Part shown: positions 52,301 to 64,000 of the stretch, piece after piece
Numbering within the stretch: position 1 is the first letter of the stretch
Layout: every line of letters begins with the position of its first letter
NCBI GenBank assembly: GCA_965285935.1
Contig: OZ260664.1
Location: forward strand, 101,618,001 to 101,682,000
DNA from: Ophelia neglecta
Lineage: Eukaryota
DNA: 64,000 nucleotides
Direction: 5' to 3'
Made by a program: the position numbers and the translations under genes
The notes under the pieces: model-generated
Told to the model about the DNA's origin: nothing
Seen by the model: only the letters and a program-made list of their open reading frames with translations
The model's database searches: none

Positions 52301-52822
52301 AGTCTGACTTGTGGATGAATAAATCAGAAGTATTTGTGTATTTAATCTGTTAAGCAGTGAATCAGTGGTGAGTCTACATGAAGCGGTTCTGATACAGATA
52401 AGAGGGTATTTATACGGCAAATGGCTGTCACAGAACAGCCCCACTTCAGGTAAGGACCTGTTCTAGATACAAGCTTATGTAATCCCGGTGTAATCAGGTA
52501 TAATCAAGTATAATCACCATTCACTGCCATTAATCAGGCCTATAATTGGAGGAGGGCCTTGCCAGCACTGGCACAGACAGTGTATTAAGAGAAACAGGGC
52601 ACACCTGTTCCAACAAGGTCATACAGAGATTAATTTGAATGCTAGTGATCGCCAGTTATCGCCAGTTACCGGCATGCAGTGATCGTGTTAAGCTGGTAAG
52701 GCCGCTGCTGGGCATAAACCAGATTTATGACCATACCTGGAGGGTATTGGACAGGGAAGGCAGATATAGTGAGTTTATGACTGCGATGTGCCATTAAAGG
52801 ATGTACCTTAACGGCGGGAAAA
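46301..52822 (+). repeat. Four tandem copies of a ~1.27-kb unit (starts ~46301, 47568, 48834, 51581); single copy at ~1071-4318
   Basis: Recurring marker tttcatttttagctcactcaggcgtgttgaaat at ~1266-bp spacing once the LINE in copy 3 is removed. Confidence 0.9.
49834..51319 (+). mobile_element. 5'-truncated I-group LINE (RNase H, CCHC, 3' UTR, tail) inserted in tandem unit 3
   Basis: FTDGSK, SIFTAEITAI, GIKGNEAAD, CEGC..HILLDC motifs with frameshifts; AGCACT duplicated at 49828-49833 and 51320-51325; neighbouring units show the empty site. Confidence 0.92.
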
Positions 52823-53984
52823 GGCAGTATGGACGAGATTAAATATGGGGCGGAGGTTGGGACGGTTGAATTAATTGTCAGAGTTCATAAGGAGGGTGTC
52901 AGGTGGGTCTCTCACAAAGGGGCTCTGAAAGCTTATAGAGGGTGTGGGATGGGTGTCTCCATCCCCGAATGGGGTCTGATGGCTTATAAAAGGTGTTCAT
53001 TTCCTTGGATGGTCGCTCTACCGCACCTTCACTCAACCAAGACACGAAGACATTCACCCGTTGAGGTGTGTTCAATATGTGGCTACTTGGATGAATCACA
53101 CACAGTGAAGATTAATCATTTAGTTAGATCCCAGTAAATGCACTGTAGCATCAATGAAGTAAATTTATGTAGAGTTAGTAAAGCCCTGATGACCTGAATT
53201 CTTTGCTTCTAGGGTGAGAGCTTCTGGGAACAGATTGGGACAGGGCGTTTGATGTGTATGCAATTTAATACGACATGGGCCGACAGCAGTCTATTTGCCT
53301 AATCAGTATCCCCATATTCTGAGAAAATATATATGACATACTCTTAAAAGACGAAATTGCATTGATAAATTGATTGTAACATTGATCTGTATAGGCTGCA
53401 TTCATAATTATTAGTTTGCATATACAAACTTAGTTGGGAATACTTTCTTTTTTCTTATCAAATCAACAGCAGAATGTAAGTATGCTGCATCATATTAAAT
53501 ACTTGTTCTGCTATTCAAGAGCCGACAGGAAACATGCACACACTACCGAATGCCATCTGAATGAGCATGGCCAATCATTATCACCACCACACCACGTCCA
53601 CTGTCCCATGATTCTGGTATAGAGGGCCAGTCCATCTGGGCTGAGGCCTAGTTTGTCTTGTGCACGTCCAGTCCAACTTAAAAACAGGGGGTCATTGTGT
53701 TGACAAGGTCAGTTCACGTCGTAAGGTCGGCGGTCCAATAATTCTGGTGTAGATGCACAGCCAAAGTTTTAGGTTCACCCGTCGAGTGTGTGAACTGCAG
53801 ATGCACAGCCAAAGTCCCAGTTTCAGCGCTCCAGCGGTGGAATTTATTTCTTTTTCTAAAAAAAAGGTAACACCATGAATGTCTCTGAAAGGAGCAGCCA
53901 AGATGGATATTGAGACACTGGGACAGACACCGGAAACAAGTTTGCTACATTGTTGATGATATAAGTGAAGTGGACAATAAAACA

Positions 53985-56900
53985 ATGGACCGGGGGAGAA
54001 AGGAACTCCCTGTGTCGGGTTCAAATGCCCCTTCAACATCTGTAGGTAAGCGAAATACTGTGTCAGAGCACAGACCCAGTGCATAGCTCAGAGTCTTAGT
54101 GATCTATACATTTGAATACGTAATTTAGCCTGTATATATTCGGTTGATCACTTTGCATGTGTTTTATGTGAGAACTCTTTCAGACAGTGCCTCCAGACGT
54201 GAGCCGCCATACCCTGACCCAGCAACATGTGAACTTACTGATGAACAAAAGTTTTCACTTTTAACTTCTAAATGGGAAGAGGAACACCTGCGGAACTTTG
54301 ACTTTCTTCCACGGTTAGTCTCACATGTATGATGCCACACGAGCTATGTATAGAATAAATCAAGCTTTAAACCCTATTTAAGGCAAAGTAAATAATTGAC
54401 AGTTGTATGATTGTTTTGTTTAATTGGTTGTGTAACAAGAATATAATGTGATAGCACTTATTAATAACGTCGGGAAACACGTGACACGCGGGCTGGGGGT
54501 GGGGGTAATAGGGATGAGCAGGTTACAGTGGCTCTTCTCATAGTCAGCTCATTTACTTAATTTTTATAAAAACATATATGTTTGGCCTGACATGAAGAAT
54601 AGATGTAATTATATAAAACTATACCAAAGAACAAAATAGAAATGTAAGTTACTTTTGAGAAACGCCAGTTTAAACATAGCTATGATGGTTTTTTGGTGGG
54701 GGGGGGGGGCGGGGGGGGGGGGGCACCGGTCATGGTAAAGGATAAGGATCCTACGTTAATTGTCAATACTGAATAATCAAGCCCTGACTAGCAAAAAAAT
54801 TCCACTTTTTCAATCCACGTGAAATGTAAAAAGGGGCCATTCTACCTTATTTCAAAAACTGAATGACAACATAAGAGTTATATGTGCTTATTGAAACGTT
54901 ACTGATTTCCTGATCTAAATACACAGTTGAGAGCTGATTGTTTTCGCACATCTTGTACAAACTTGATAACGTACAGTATATGGCAGAATATTTTACAAAT
55001 TTGTGATATTTTTATGCGTTTGTTGGAATATAACCTTATAGATACTGCACTTTTTAGAGCAGGCGAAGGCTAAATACGACAGTGGATACACTATAGACCA
55101 AACAATATATTTAATTAATGTTAATTCATTAAATAGGTTCGAAATCACAAGGAATGATGGACCAAGCTCTCATAATTGTGAGACTAAAACAGGATGCAAA
55201 TTGTGGCCGTGTTATCATATTAAAGAACAAGCGCTTGCTCCCTCATAAATGCATATACTGATTTATATTATAATATTATTTGAGACATGAAACTTGGTTT
55301 CCTCAAATCATGTCACCTAACATCCTTTTAAATGGTATTTGTCCTGACCTCTTTTTTTAGGCATTAAACAGACTAAGTCAGTCAACATTGCAGAGATTTA
55401 TAATACGTGGCTATCCTAAACCTGTTGACCAAGGTTCCTTTAATTAATGCAGGGAAGTGATCATCTTGCACTGTGGATTCTTAATCTACAGTAAAACCTG
55501 TGAATTAAGACCCCCCAGGGACTGAAAAATGCTGGTCTGATTTTGGAGGTGGTCTGCTTAGACAGGTTATTAAATATTAAAAATTTATGTCAGGGTCCTC
55601 ATATTAAGTGTCTGAATTGGCAGGTGGTCTGATTATAGAGGTGGTCTTTAAGACAGATGTCACTGTATTTATCCACCCGACAATATGAGTAGTCACAGTT
55701 TAATATCTGTGTTTCAGTAATTACATTTCATCTTGAATGATTTTCTGTCTGCTTGTCATTGTTCAGGCGGCGGGGCAAGAAAACTATGAAGCTTCAGCCA
55801 CATTGGCTTATAGACTACCCATTGTTGCGGTATTCAGTGAGCGAGAATGCTGTCTACTGTGTTTACTGCCGGCTATTTGGAAAAGAAGATCAAACATTCG
55901 GTCGGTCTGCAGGTTATAAAGATTGGTCTAACCTGAAGAAGCGTATAGACAGTCATATTAAAGAGGATTCCCCGCATTATCATTGCATAAATGAGGCTGA
56001 AACTTATTTAAAGACATTTCGCAACGTTGGCGCCATGAAAAATGAGAAGGATGTAAACGAGGAGGTGGTTACAATAACACTCGAAGACGACCAGTCCGAT
56101 TTGATGGAGGACCTCCAGGGAGACAACACAGAGATCAATAGAAAGGTGGGTGGTCTTTACAAGTATACCCTGGGTCCGCTCCCAGGAAGCAGTCTTAGCG
56201 CATCACCTGAATTAAAATCAGGATAGAATTAAAGGGATTATTCGGTTTCAACTTGCTGATATGGGTTTCTGGAATCTGGAGTTTTGTCCTTAACCCGACC
56301 ATTTTGGTCTTAACCTTAATCCTGGTCAATGGAATCACCAATTAACGAGTTCTCAGTTAATCTAATCCCTAAACTTAAGACCGGCTTTAGAAACCAGGCC
56401 CTCAAGTTCACCCAACTGTTGCTCCTTGTGAAAATGACATGAATCTACAATAGTAAATTCTTATGCTTACATAATCCGAAGAAACATTTTTGTTTACTAG
56501 ACAAGTAAAAGCATTCAGTATTAATTTAATACTCAATGCAAATGTTCCAGATGGCAGTTTGGCAAAAGGCCAAAGACTTACCAAAAGAGCAAGTCAACAG
56601 ATACCGCTAATATAATACTTCAAAATAAATAAACACCATGCACAAAGGCCAAAGACAGAAGAGAGAACGGTTTTATTTGCATTTGTTTGCAGAATGGTAG
56701 CATGCAAATGGCAAATCTCAATGGCATTACGAAGCTTCGCACACAATTGACATGCAGCATTGTTTTCTATTCGGAGCTTTGTACTAAATAATGGCCAAAT
56801 CGCTTTAATTTTTATTTAGATTGTTCTTAAATGACAAAAACTGTATCATTTTCATAATCAGTGCTTATGTAATTTGGTTGCTGGTGCCAATGATTAACGC

Positions 56901-59900
56901 TGTTCAAGTTAAAAATAATTAACAAGACAGTCGCTTGATTTTATTTGATCTGTGTCGAGGTGATCATTCCGATAGCCAACGCCAAAGTCGGACTTCCCGG
57001 ACAGGGAGTATGCTTACAAGCTTAAACATGCCGGTTTTTCTGTCTAGTCCTGACTAGACATGTAAAAAATTCAACGCAATTCATACCGTTTTCCACAGGG
57101 TAGGCCTCCCTTTAGTCCGAGCCAAGATAATTCATGGTACACTGGTTTAGCACTGTGACATGACCAATATGTTTACCTTAAGAAAGTAAAATCTGAAGTG
57201 TTCCATTGGCAATCATTACGCCTGTCTGATGGGTAAGGTTTCAATAAGTCATTAAAAATATCCATTTTCGGTTCTCAGTATCAATTGTAGGTCAATTACA
57301 CGTCACCCATTACTTATGTGGATATGGGTGTTATTTATTATATGATTTGTGTAAAGCTTACTGAAGGAAAATTGCGCCGGGGTCATTTTTTTTTTAAATT
57401 AAGACATATTCATTTTCAATTAATAGTTCAAATTATTAATTGATTCTTTTAGGCGGCCGTTTTAAAGAGATATGAGCATTTTATCTGACAATTGAAATAA
57501 GAACCAAAAATAATTCATGTCTCTTGGACAAATCGCAATATTCATCAGCCAAACTGCGTTATAAAAGTAAATCTATATGTTTAGGCTACTATTTTTTAAA
57601 CGCTTTTGAAACAAAATGCACAGTAAACGCATGGCATGATAATGAAATTATGACAGAACTTTATATCTATTATTTTTTAAATAATAAGTGGTTCATAAAA
57701 GAAGTTTGATTAGTGTAACCTACAATGCATAAATACAATCTAATGATGTTAAACACGTCTTTAATATATTTTATATGTTTTAATTTTTGTTAAAAAGCCA
57801 GGGATTTCAATTCTCAATATTGCTCGCAAATATAAAAATGCCAAAGTCAAGTCAATCTTTAGAATTTGTTGACATGCTACTTATTAAAAAAAAAAAAATG
57901 TTTGTAATTGCGATAGTGCCTTTCCCATGAACAAAAACGTGTAGATGTAAAAGTTCCTCGCATACTAAACAGGAAATGGTGTTAAATATCTTTGATAGTG
58001 CGCTTAGATGGACAGACTTAAATGAAGATATGTTAGTAATAAAAGTTGAGCAATGAAACATGATCATGAATAATGTCAATTTTATTTCAAACAGATTGTC
58101 AATCTAACTAACCAACTTTGATGCCAGATAGAGCATAGTTTCTTTTTTGCCCTGAAAGGCTGTGACTGAATAGATTTAATGTTATTGTAGTTTGCAACCT
58201 GGCCGGCTGTGGCCTCATGTCCGGGGTAGCACCAACTCCTTTGTATGACTACCTATATTGGTCTTTAACGCTTGGTGCCTGAAGAGATGCCACGGTCTCT
58301 TGGTTTCATATCATTGATTCCACTGCTAACAAGGTTAATCCATGTCGTCCTGCTAACCTCATCAAGACCTGTAATGAGTTTGTGTTTCGGGAGCTGTTCT
58401 CTTGTCTAAGCTAGAGTTTAAGATTTGTGAGCAAATGGCTGGTTGATAATAAACTGTCACTTCATCTGGGGAAAACTGAATGTATTGTTTTTGGTACAAA
58501 GAAAAGGTTGTCTTAAACTCCCACTTTGAATATTATTTGTAATGGGATAAAAATTAAATGTGTCACCCAAGTAAAATATTTGGGAGGCTTGTTGGACAGT
58601 AATATGAGTGGTGAGGCTATGGGAATTTCAGCTGTTCAAAAAATTAATTCAAGAATTAAATTTTTATTTAGAAAACAGTCATATTTGACACCCTATGTGA
58701 GAAGACTTCTGTGTGGTGCGCTTATTCAGTCTCACTTTGATTATGGCTGTACATTCTGGTTTTATGTTGTGTCTGCGTACACAAAAAAGCGTTTACAGTG
58801 CGCCCAAAACAAGGCTGTTCGTTTTGCTTATGGACTGCATCCCAGGCAGCATTTGTATGAGTCCTTCTTCAAGGAATTGTCATGGCTATCGGTTGAAAAG
58901 AGAGTGGATTTTCTTACTTTATGTCTTGTTTTTAAGTGTGTAAATGGTATAGCGCCTTCTTATATTAGTAATTTTGTTAAAGTGAGTGACACACATGACC
59001 ACTCTACCAGGGCCAGTCAGTATAATTTAATTGTGCCCAAAGCAAATGCCAATTCAGGTCTAAACACCTTTGCATGTACAGGGGCAAGGCTATGGAATGC
59101 CTTGCCTAATAATCTCAAGTGCTTATCTAGTCAGGAGATGTTTAAGTCTGCCTGTAAACAATTTTTGTTGAGCACTTTGTAATTTCTAGGGGGCTTTTTT
59201 TTTCCATATTAGGCTATGAATGTAACCAAATGGATGTGTGTCACTCGCTGCTATTATTTTGTGGTGCTATGTATTGTCGTCCACTCTCTAGTCAAGGGCC
59301 GTAATGGAAATAAGTCCTCATCTGCAGAACTTTTTATGCTCCCTTTTCAGGAGATTGGGAAATGTGATGGTGCCATATATTTATTGTTTTCTGTGATATA
59401 CATTGTATTTTGTACACCGTCTATTTACTTTTTCTGAATAAAATCAAATCAATCAATCAATCAAGCTTGGCACATGCTAGCACATAAAACGGTGTCAGGA
59501 GTTGTTTAAGTCTGCCAAGGCCATTTGTATAATTTAAGATCCAATTGTTTCAAACAAAATACATTTGACCAGGATATTTGCAATAATTCAGCAAGAAAAA
59601 CCACCATCATGACGTCTAAAGTATGACAGCAGACTGGTACCTGCCGTAATCCAGGGGAGTAGTATCTATAAAAATAGCAAGTTATCAGAGAGCTTGCCGA
59701 GCAATTCAGCCTGCTGCACAATTGCATTCTCACATATCTACCGATATTCTCAAGCAAAAGCAATACGATTAACAAACGTTTGATTAACATATTATGTTGG
59801 TGTCATGTTTTGGCATACTGAAGCATTCTATGAGTTATCTTTATTAGGTAGATGAACGCTTCAGGTCAAACAGCAGCCAAAATGGAGATGGAGACACTGG

Positions 59901-62119
59901 CACAGACACCGGAGACGAGAGCTACACTGATGATGATATAAGTGAAGTAGACAATAAAACAATTGACAGGAGGAGAAAGGAACTCCCTGTGTCGGGTTCA
60001 AATGCCCCTTCAACATCTCTAGGTAAGCGAAATACTGTTTCAGAGCACAGACACAGTCCATAGCTTAGAGTCTACTGATATACACATTTGAATACGTAAT
60101 TTAGCCTGTATATATTCGGTTGATCACTTTGCACGTGTTTTAATTTGAGAACTGTTTCAGACAGTGCCTCCGGACATGGGCCGCCATACCCTGACCCAGC
60201 AACTTGTGAACTAACTGATACAGAAAAGGATTTACTTTTAACTTCTGAATGGAAAGAGGAACACATCTGGAGCTTTGACTTTCCTCCACGGTTAGTATCA
60301 CATATATGATGTCACACGAGCTATATATAGAAGAAATCAAGCTTAAAACGCTTATTAGGTCAAAGTAAATAATTGTCAGTAGTATGATTGTTTTGTTTAA
60401 TTGGTTGTGTTACAAGAATAGAATGTGATAGCATTTATTAATAACGTCGGGAAACATGTGACACGCGGGCTGGGGGTGGGGGTAATAAGGATGAGTAGGT
60501 TACATTGGCTCTACTCGTAATCAGCTCATTTACTTAATTTTTATAAACACATAAATGTTTGGTCTGACATGAAGAATAGATGTAATTATTTAAAACTATA
60601 CCAAAGAACAAACAGGAATGTAAGTTACTTTCGAGATACGCCAGTTTAAACATAGCTGGGATGTTTGTTTCTTTTGAGGGGGGGGGGATGGGCACCGGTC
60701 TTGGTAAAGGATAAGGATCCTACGTCAGTTGTCAATACTGAATAATCAGCACGGCACTCAAACCATCAAAAATTCCACTTTTTCAATCCACGTGTAATTC
60801 AAAAAGGGGGTCCTTCTACCTTATTTCAAAAACTGAATGACAGCATAAGAGTTATATGTGCTTATTAAAACGTTACTGATTTCCCGATCTAAATACACAG
60901 TTGAGAGCTGATTGTTTTCGCACATCTTGTACAAACTTGATAACGTACAGTATATGGCAGAATATTTTACAAATTTGGGATATTTTTATGCGTTTGTTGG
61001 AATATAACCTTATGGATACTGCACTTTTTAGAGCAGGCGAAGGCTAAATACGACAGTGGATACACTATAGACCAAATAATATATTTAATTAATGTTAATT
61101 CATTAAATAGGTTCGAAATCACAAGGAATGATGGACCAAACTCTCATAATTGTGAGACTTAAACAGGATGCAAATTGTGGCCGTGTTATCATATTAAAGA
61201 ACAAGCGCTTGCTCCCTCATAAATGCATATACTGATTTATATTATAATATTATTTGAGACATGAAACTTGGTTTCCTAAAATCATGTCACCTAACATCCT
61301 TTTTAATGGTATTTGTCCTGACCTCTTTTTTTAGGCATTAAACAGACTAAGTCAGTCAACATTGCAGAGATTTATAATACATGGCTATCCTAAACCTGTT
61401 GACCAAGGTTCCTTTAATTAATGCAGGGAAGTGATCATCTTGCACTGTGGATTCTTAATGTACAGTAAAACCTGTGAATTAAGACCCCCCAGGGACTGAA
61501 AAATGCTGGTCTGATTTTGGAGGTGGTCTGCTTAGACAGGTTATTAAATATTAAACATTTATGTCAGGGTCCTCATATTAAGTGTCTGAATTGGCAGGTG
61601 GTCTGATTATAGAGGTGGTCTTTAAGACAGGTGTCACTGTATTTATCCACCCGACAATATGAGTAGTCACAGTTTAATATCTGTGTTTTAGTAATTACAT
61701 TTCATCTTGAATGATTTTCTGTCTGCTTGTCATTGTTCAGGCGGCGGGGCAAGAAAACTATGAAGCTTCAGCCACATTGGCTTACAGACTACCCATTGTT
61801 GCGGTATTCAGTGAGCGAGAATGCTGTCTACTGTGTTTACTGCCTGCTATTTGGGGAGGAAGATCAAACATTCGGTCGGTCTGCAGGTTATAAAGATTGG
61901 TCTAACCTGAAGAAGCGTATAGACAGTCATATTAAAGAGGGTTCCCCGCATTATCATTGCATAAATGAGGCTGAAACTTATTTAAAGACATTTCGTAACG
62001 TTGGCGCCATGAAAAATGAGAAGGATGTAAACGAGGAGGTGGGTACAATAACACTCGAAGACGACCAGTCCGATTTGATGGAGGACATCCAGGGAGACAA
62101 CACAGAGATCAATAGAGAG
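53985..62119 (+). CDS. 5' part of a second paralogue with two tandem TTF Zn-finger modules. Exons 53985-54045, 54184-54313, 55767-56145, 59848-60022, 60161-60290, 61741-62119; continues beyond the window
   Basis: Exon sizes match locus 1 (61/130/379) with a 175-nt linker exon. All frames are open and splice sites conserved. Sequence after 62119 again matches locus-1 intron 3 up to the window end. Confidence 0.78.
58423..59462 (+). mobile_element. 5'-truncated L2/Crack-like LINE in an intron of paralogue 2
   Basis: WLVDNKLSLHLGKTE, KYLGGLLD, QSHFDYGC, GARLWNALP motifs; AATAAA plus (ATCA)n tail; empty site tttaagcttgg at ~11091; AAG on both sides. Confidence 0.9.
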
Positions 62120-64000
62120 GTGGGTGGTCTTTACAAGTATACCCTGGGTCCGCTCCCAGGAAGCAGTCTTAGCGCATCACCTGAATTAAAATCAGGATAG
62201 AATTAAAGGGATTATTCGGTTTCAACTTGCTGATATGGGTTTCTGGAATCTGGAGTTTTGTCCTTAACCCGACCATTTTGGTCTTCACCTTAATCCTGGT
62301 CAATGGAATCACCAATTAACGAGTTCTCAGTTAATCTAATCCCTAAACTTAAGACCGGCTTTAGAAACCAGGCCCTCAAGTTCACCCAACTGTTGCTCCT
62401 TGTGAAAATGACATGAATCTACACTAGTAAATTCTTATTCTTACATAATCCGAAGAAACATTTTAATCATTTTGTTTACTAGACAAGTAAAAGCATTCAG
62501 TATTAATTTAATACTCAATGCAAATGTTCCAGATGGCAGTTTGGCAAAAGGCCAAAGACTTACCAAAAGAGCAAGTCAACAGATACCGCTAATATAATAC
62601 TTCAAAATAAATAAACACCATGCACAAAGGCCAAAGAAAGAAGAGAGAACGGTTTTATTTGCATTTGTTTGCAGAATGGTAGCATGCAAATGGCAAATCT
62701 CAATGGCATTACGAAGCTTCGCACTCAATTGACATGCAGCATTGTTTTCTATTCGGAGCTTTGTACTAAATAATGGCCAAATCGCTTTAATTTTTATTTA
62801 GATTGTTCTTAAATGACAAAAACTGTATCATTTTCATAATCAGTGCTTATGTAATTTGGTTGCTGGTGCCAATGATTAACGCTGTTTCGATAGCCAACGC
62901 CAAAGTCGGACTTCCCGGACAGGGAGTATGCTTACAAGCTTAAACATGCCGGTTTTTCTGTCTAGTCCTGACTAGACATGTAAAAAATTCAACGCAATTC
63001 ATACCGTTTTCCACAGGGTAGGCCTCCCTTTAGTCCGAGCCAAGATAATTCATGGTACACTGGTTTAGCACTGTGACATGACCAATATGTGTACCTTAAG
63101 AAAGTAAAATCTAAAGTGTTCCATTGGCAATCATTACGCCTGTCTGATGGGTTAGGTTTCAATAAGTCATTAAAAATATCCATTTTCGGTTCTCAGTATC
63201 AATTGTAGGTCAATTACACGTCACCCATTACTTATGTGTATATGGGTGTTATTTATTATATGATTTGTGTAAAGCTTACTGAAGGAAAATTGCGCCGGGG
63301 TCATTTTTTTTTAAAATTAAGACATATTCATTTTCAATTAATAGTTCAAATTATTAATTGATTCTTTTAGGCGGCCGTTTTAAAGAGATATGAGCATTTT
63401 ATCTGACAATTGAAATAAGAACCAAAAATAATTCATGTCTCTTGGACAAATCGCAATATTCATCAGCCAAACTGCGTTATAAAGGAAATCTATATATTTA
63501 GGCTACTATTTTTTAAACGCTATTGAAACAAAATGCACATTAAACGCATGGCATGATAATGAAATTATGACAGAACTTTATATCTATTATTTTTAAAATA
63601 ATAAGTGGTTCATAAAAGAAGTTTGATTAGTGTAACCTACAATGCATAAATACAATCTAATGATGTTAAACACGTCTTTAATATATTTTATATGTTTTAA
63701 TTTTTGTTAAAAAGCCAGGGATTTCAATTCTCAATATTGCTCGCAAATATAAAAATGCCAAAGTCAAGTCAATCTTTAGAATTTGTTGACATGCTACTTA
63801 TTAAAAAAATAAAATTGTTTGTAATTGCGATAGTGCCTTTCCCATGAACAAAAACGGGTAGATGTAAAAGTTCCTCGCATACTAAACAGGAAATGGTGTT
63901 AAATATCTTTGATAGTGCGCTTAGATGGACAGACTTAAATGAAGATATGTTAGTAATAAAAGTTGAGCAATGAAACATGATCATGAATAATGTCAATTTT

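Larger units (their letters stand above)
45778..64000 (+). repeat. Segmental duplication copy 2, with internal tandem duplication of the ~5-6 kb Zn-finger module
   Basis: Module copies at ~53870-59847 and 59848->64000 both align to ~6670-11471. Confidence 0.9.

Overview
AT-rich animal genomic window with GT-AG introns, many transposon remnants and one 130-N gap; invertebrate origin is an inference. Main result: a 7-exon, ~2001-aa gene (6787-19673, +) can be assembled with every splice phase consistent. It encodes a TTF-type zinc finger, a circularly permuted SF2 helicase (DEAH, TAT and QxxGR precede the Walker A GKT), a GREB1/TAGT-like GT-A glycosyltransferase and a C-terminal PHD finger that the ORF track misses. 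This is a candidate chromatin-targeted GREB1/base-J-glucosyltransferase-like enzyme. A second paralogous locus starts at 53985. It has tandemly duplicated the three-exon zinc-finger module and runs off the window. A ~1.27-kb unit upstream of it is present in four copies, against one copy at locus 1. Between the loci are a young split-direct-repeat (Ngaro/PAT-type) tyrosine-recombinase retrotransposon (23817-28940) inserted at TAATG into an old LINE, whose recombinase may be expressed by splicing; a single-exon DUF1647-like gene; a tRNA-derived SINE; a minisatellite; and a degenerate CR1/L2 LINE. Solo LTRs, MITEs and I-group and CR1/L2 LINE fragments are scattered across the window. All family calls come from motif recognition by eye; no database searches were run.
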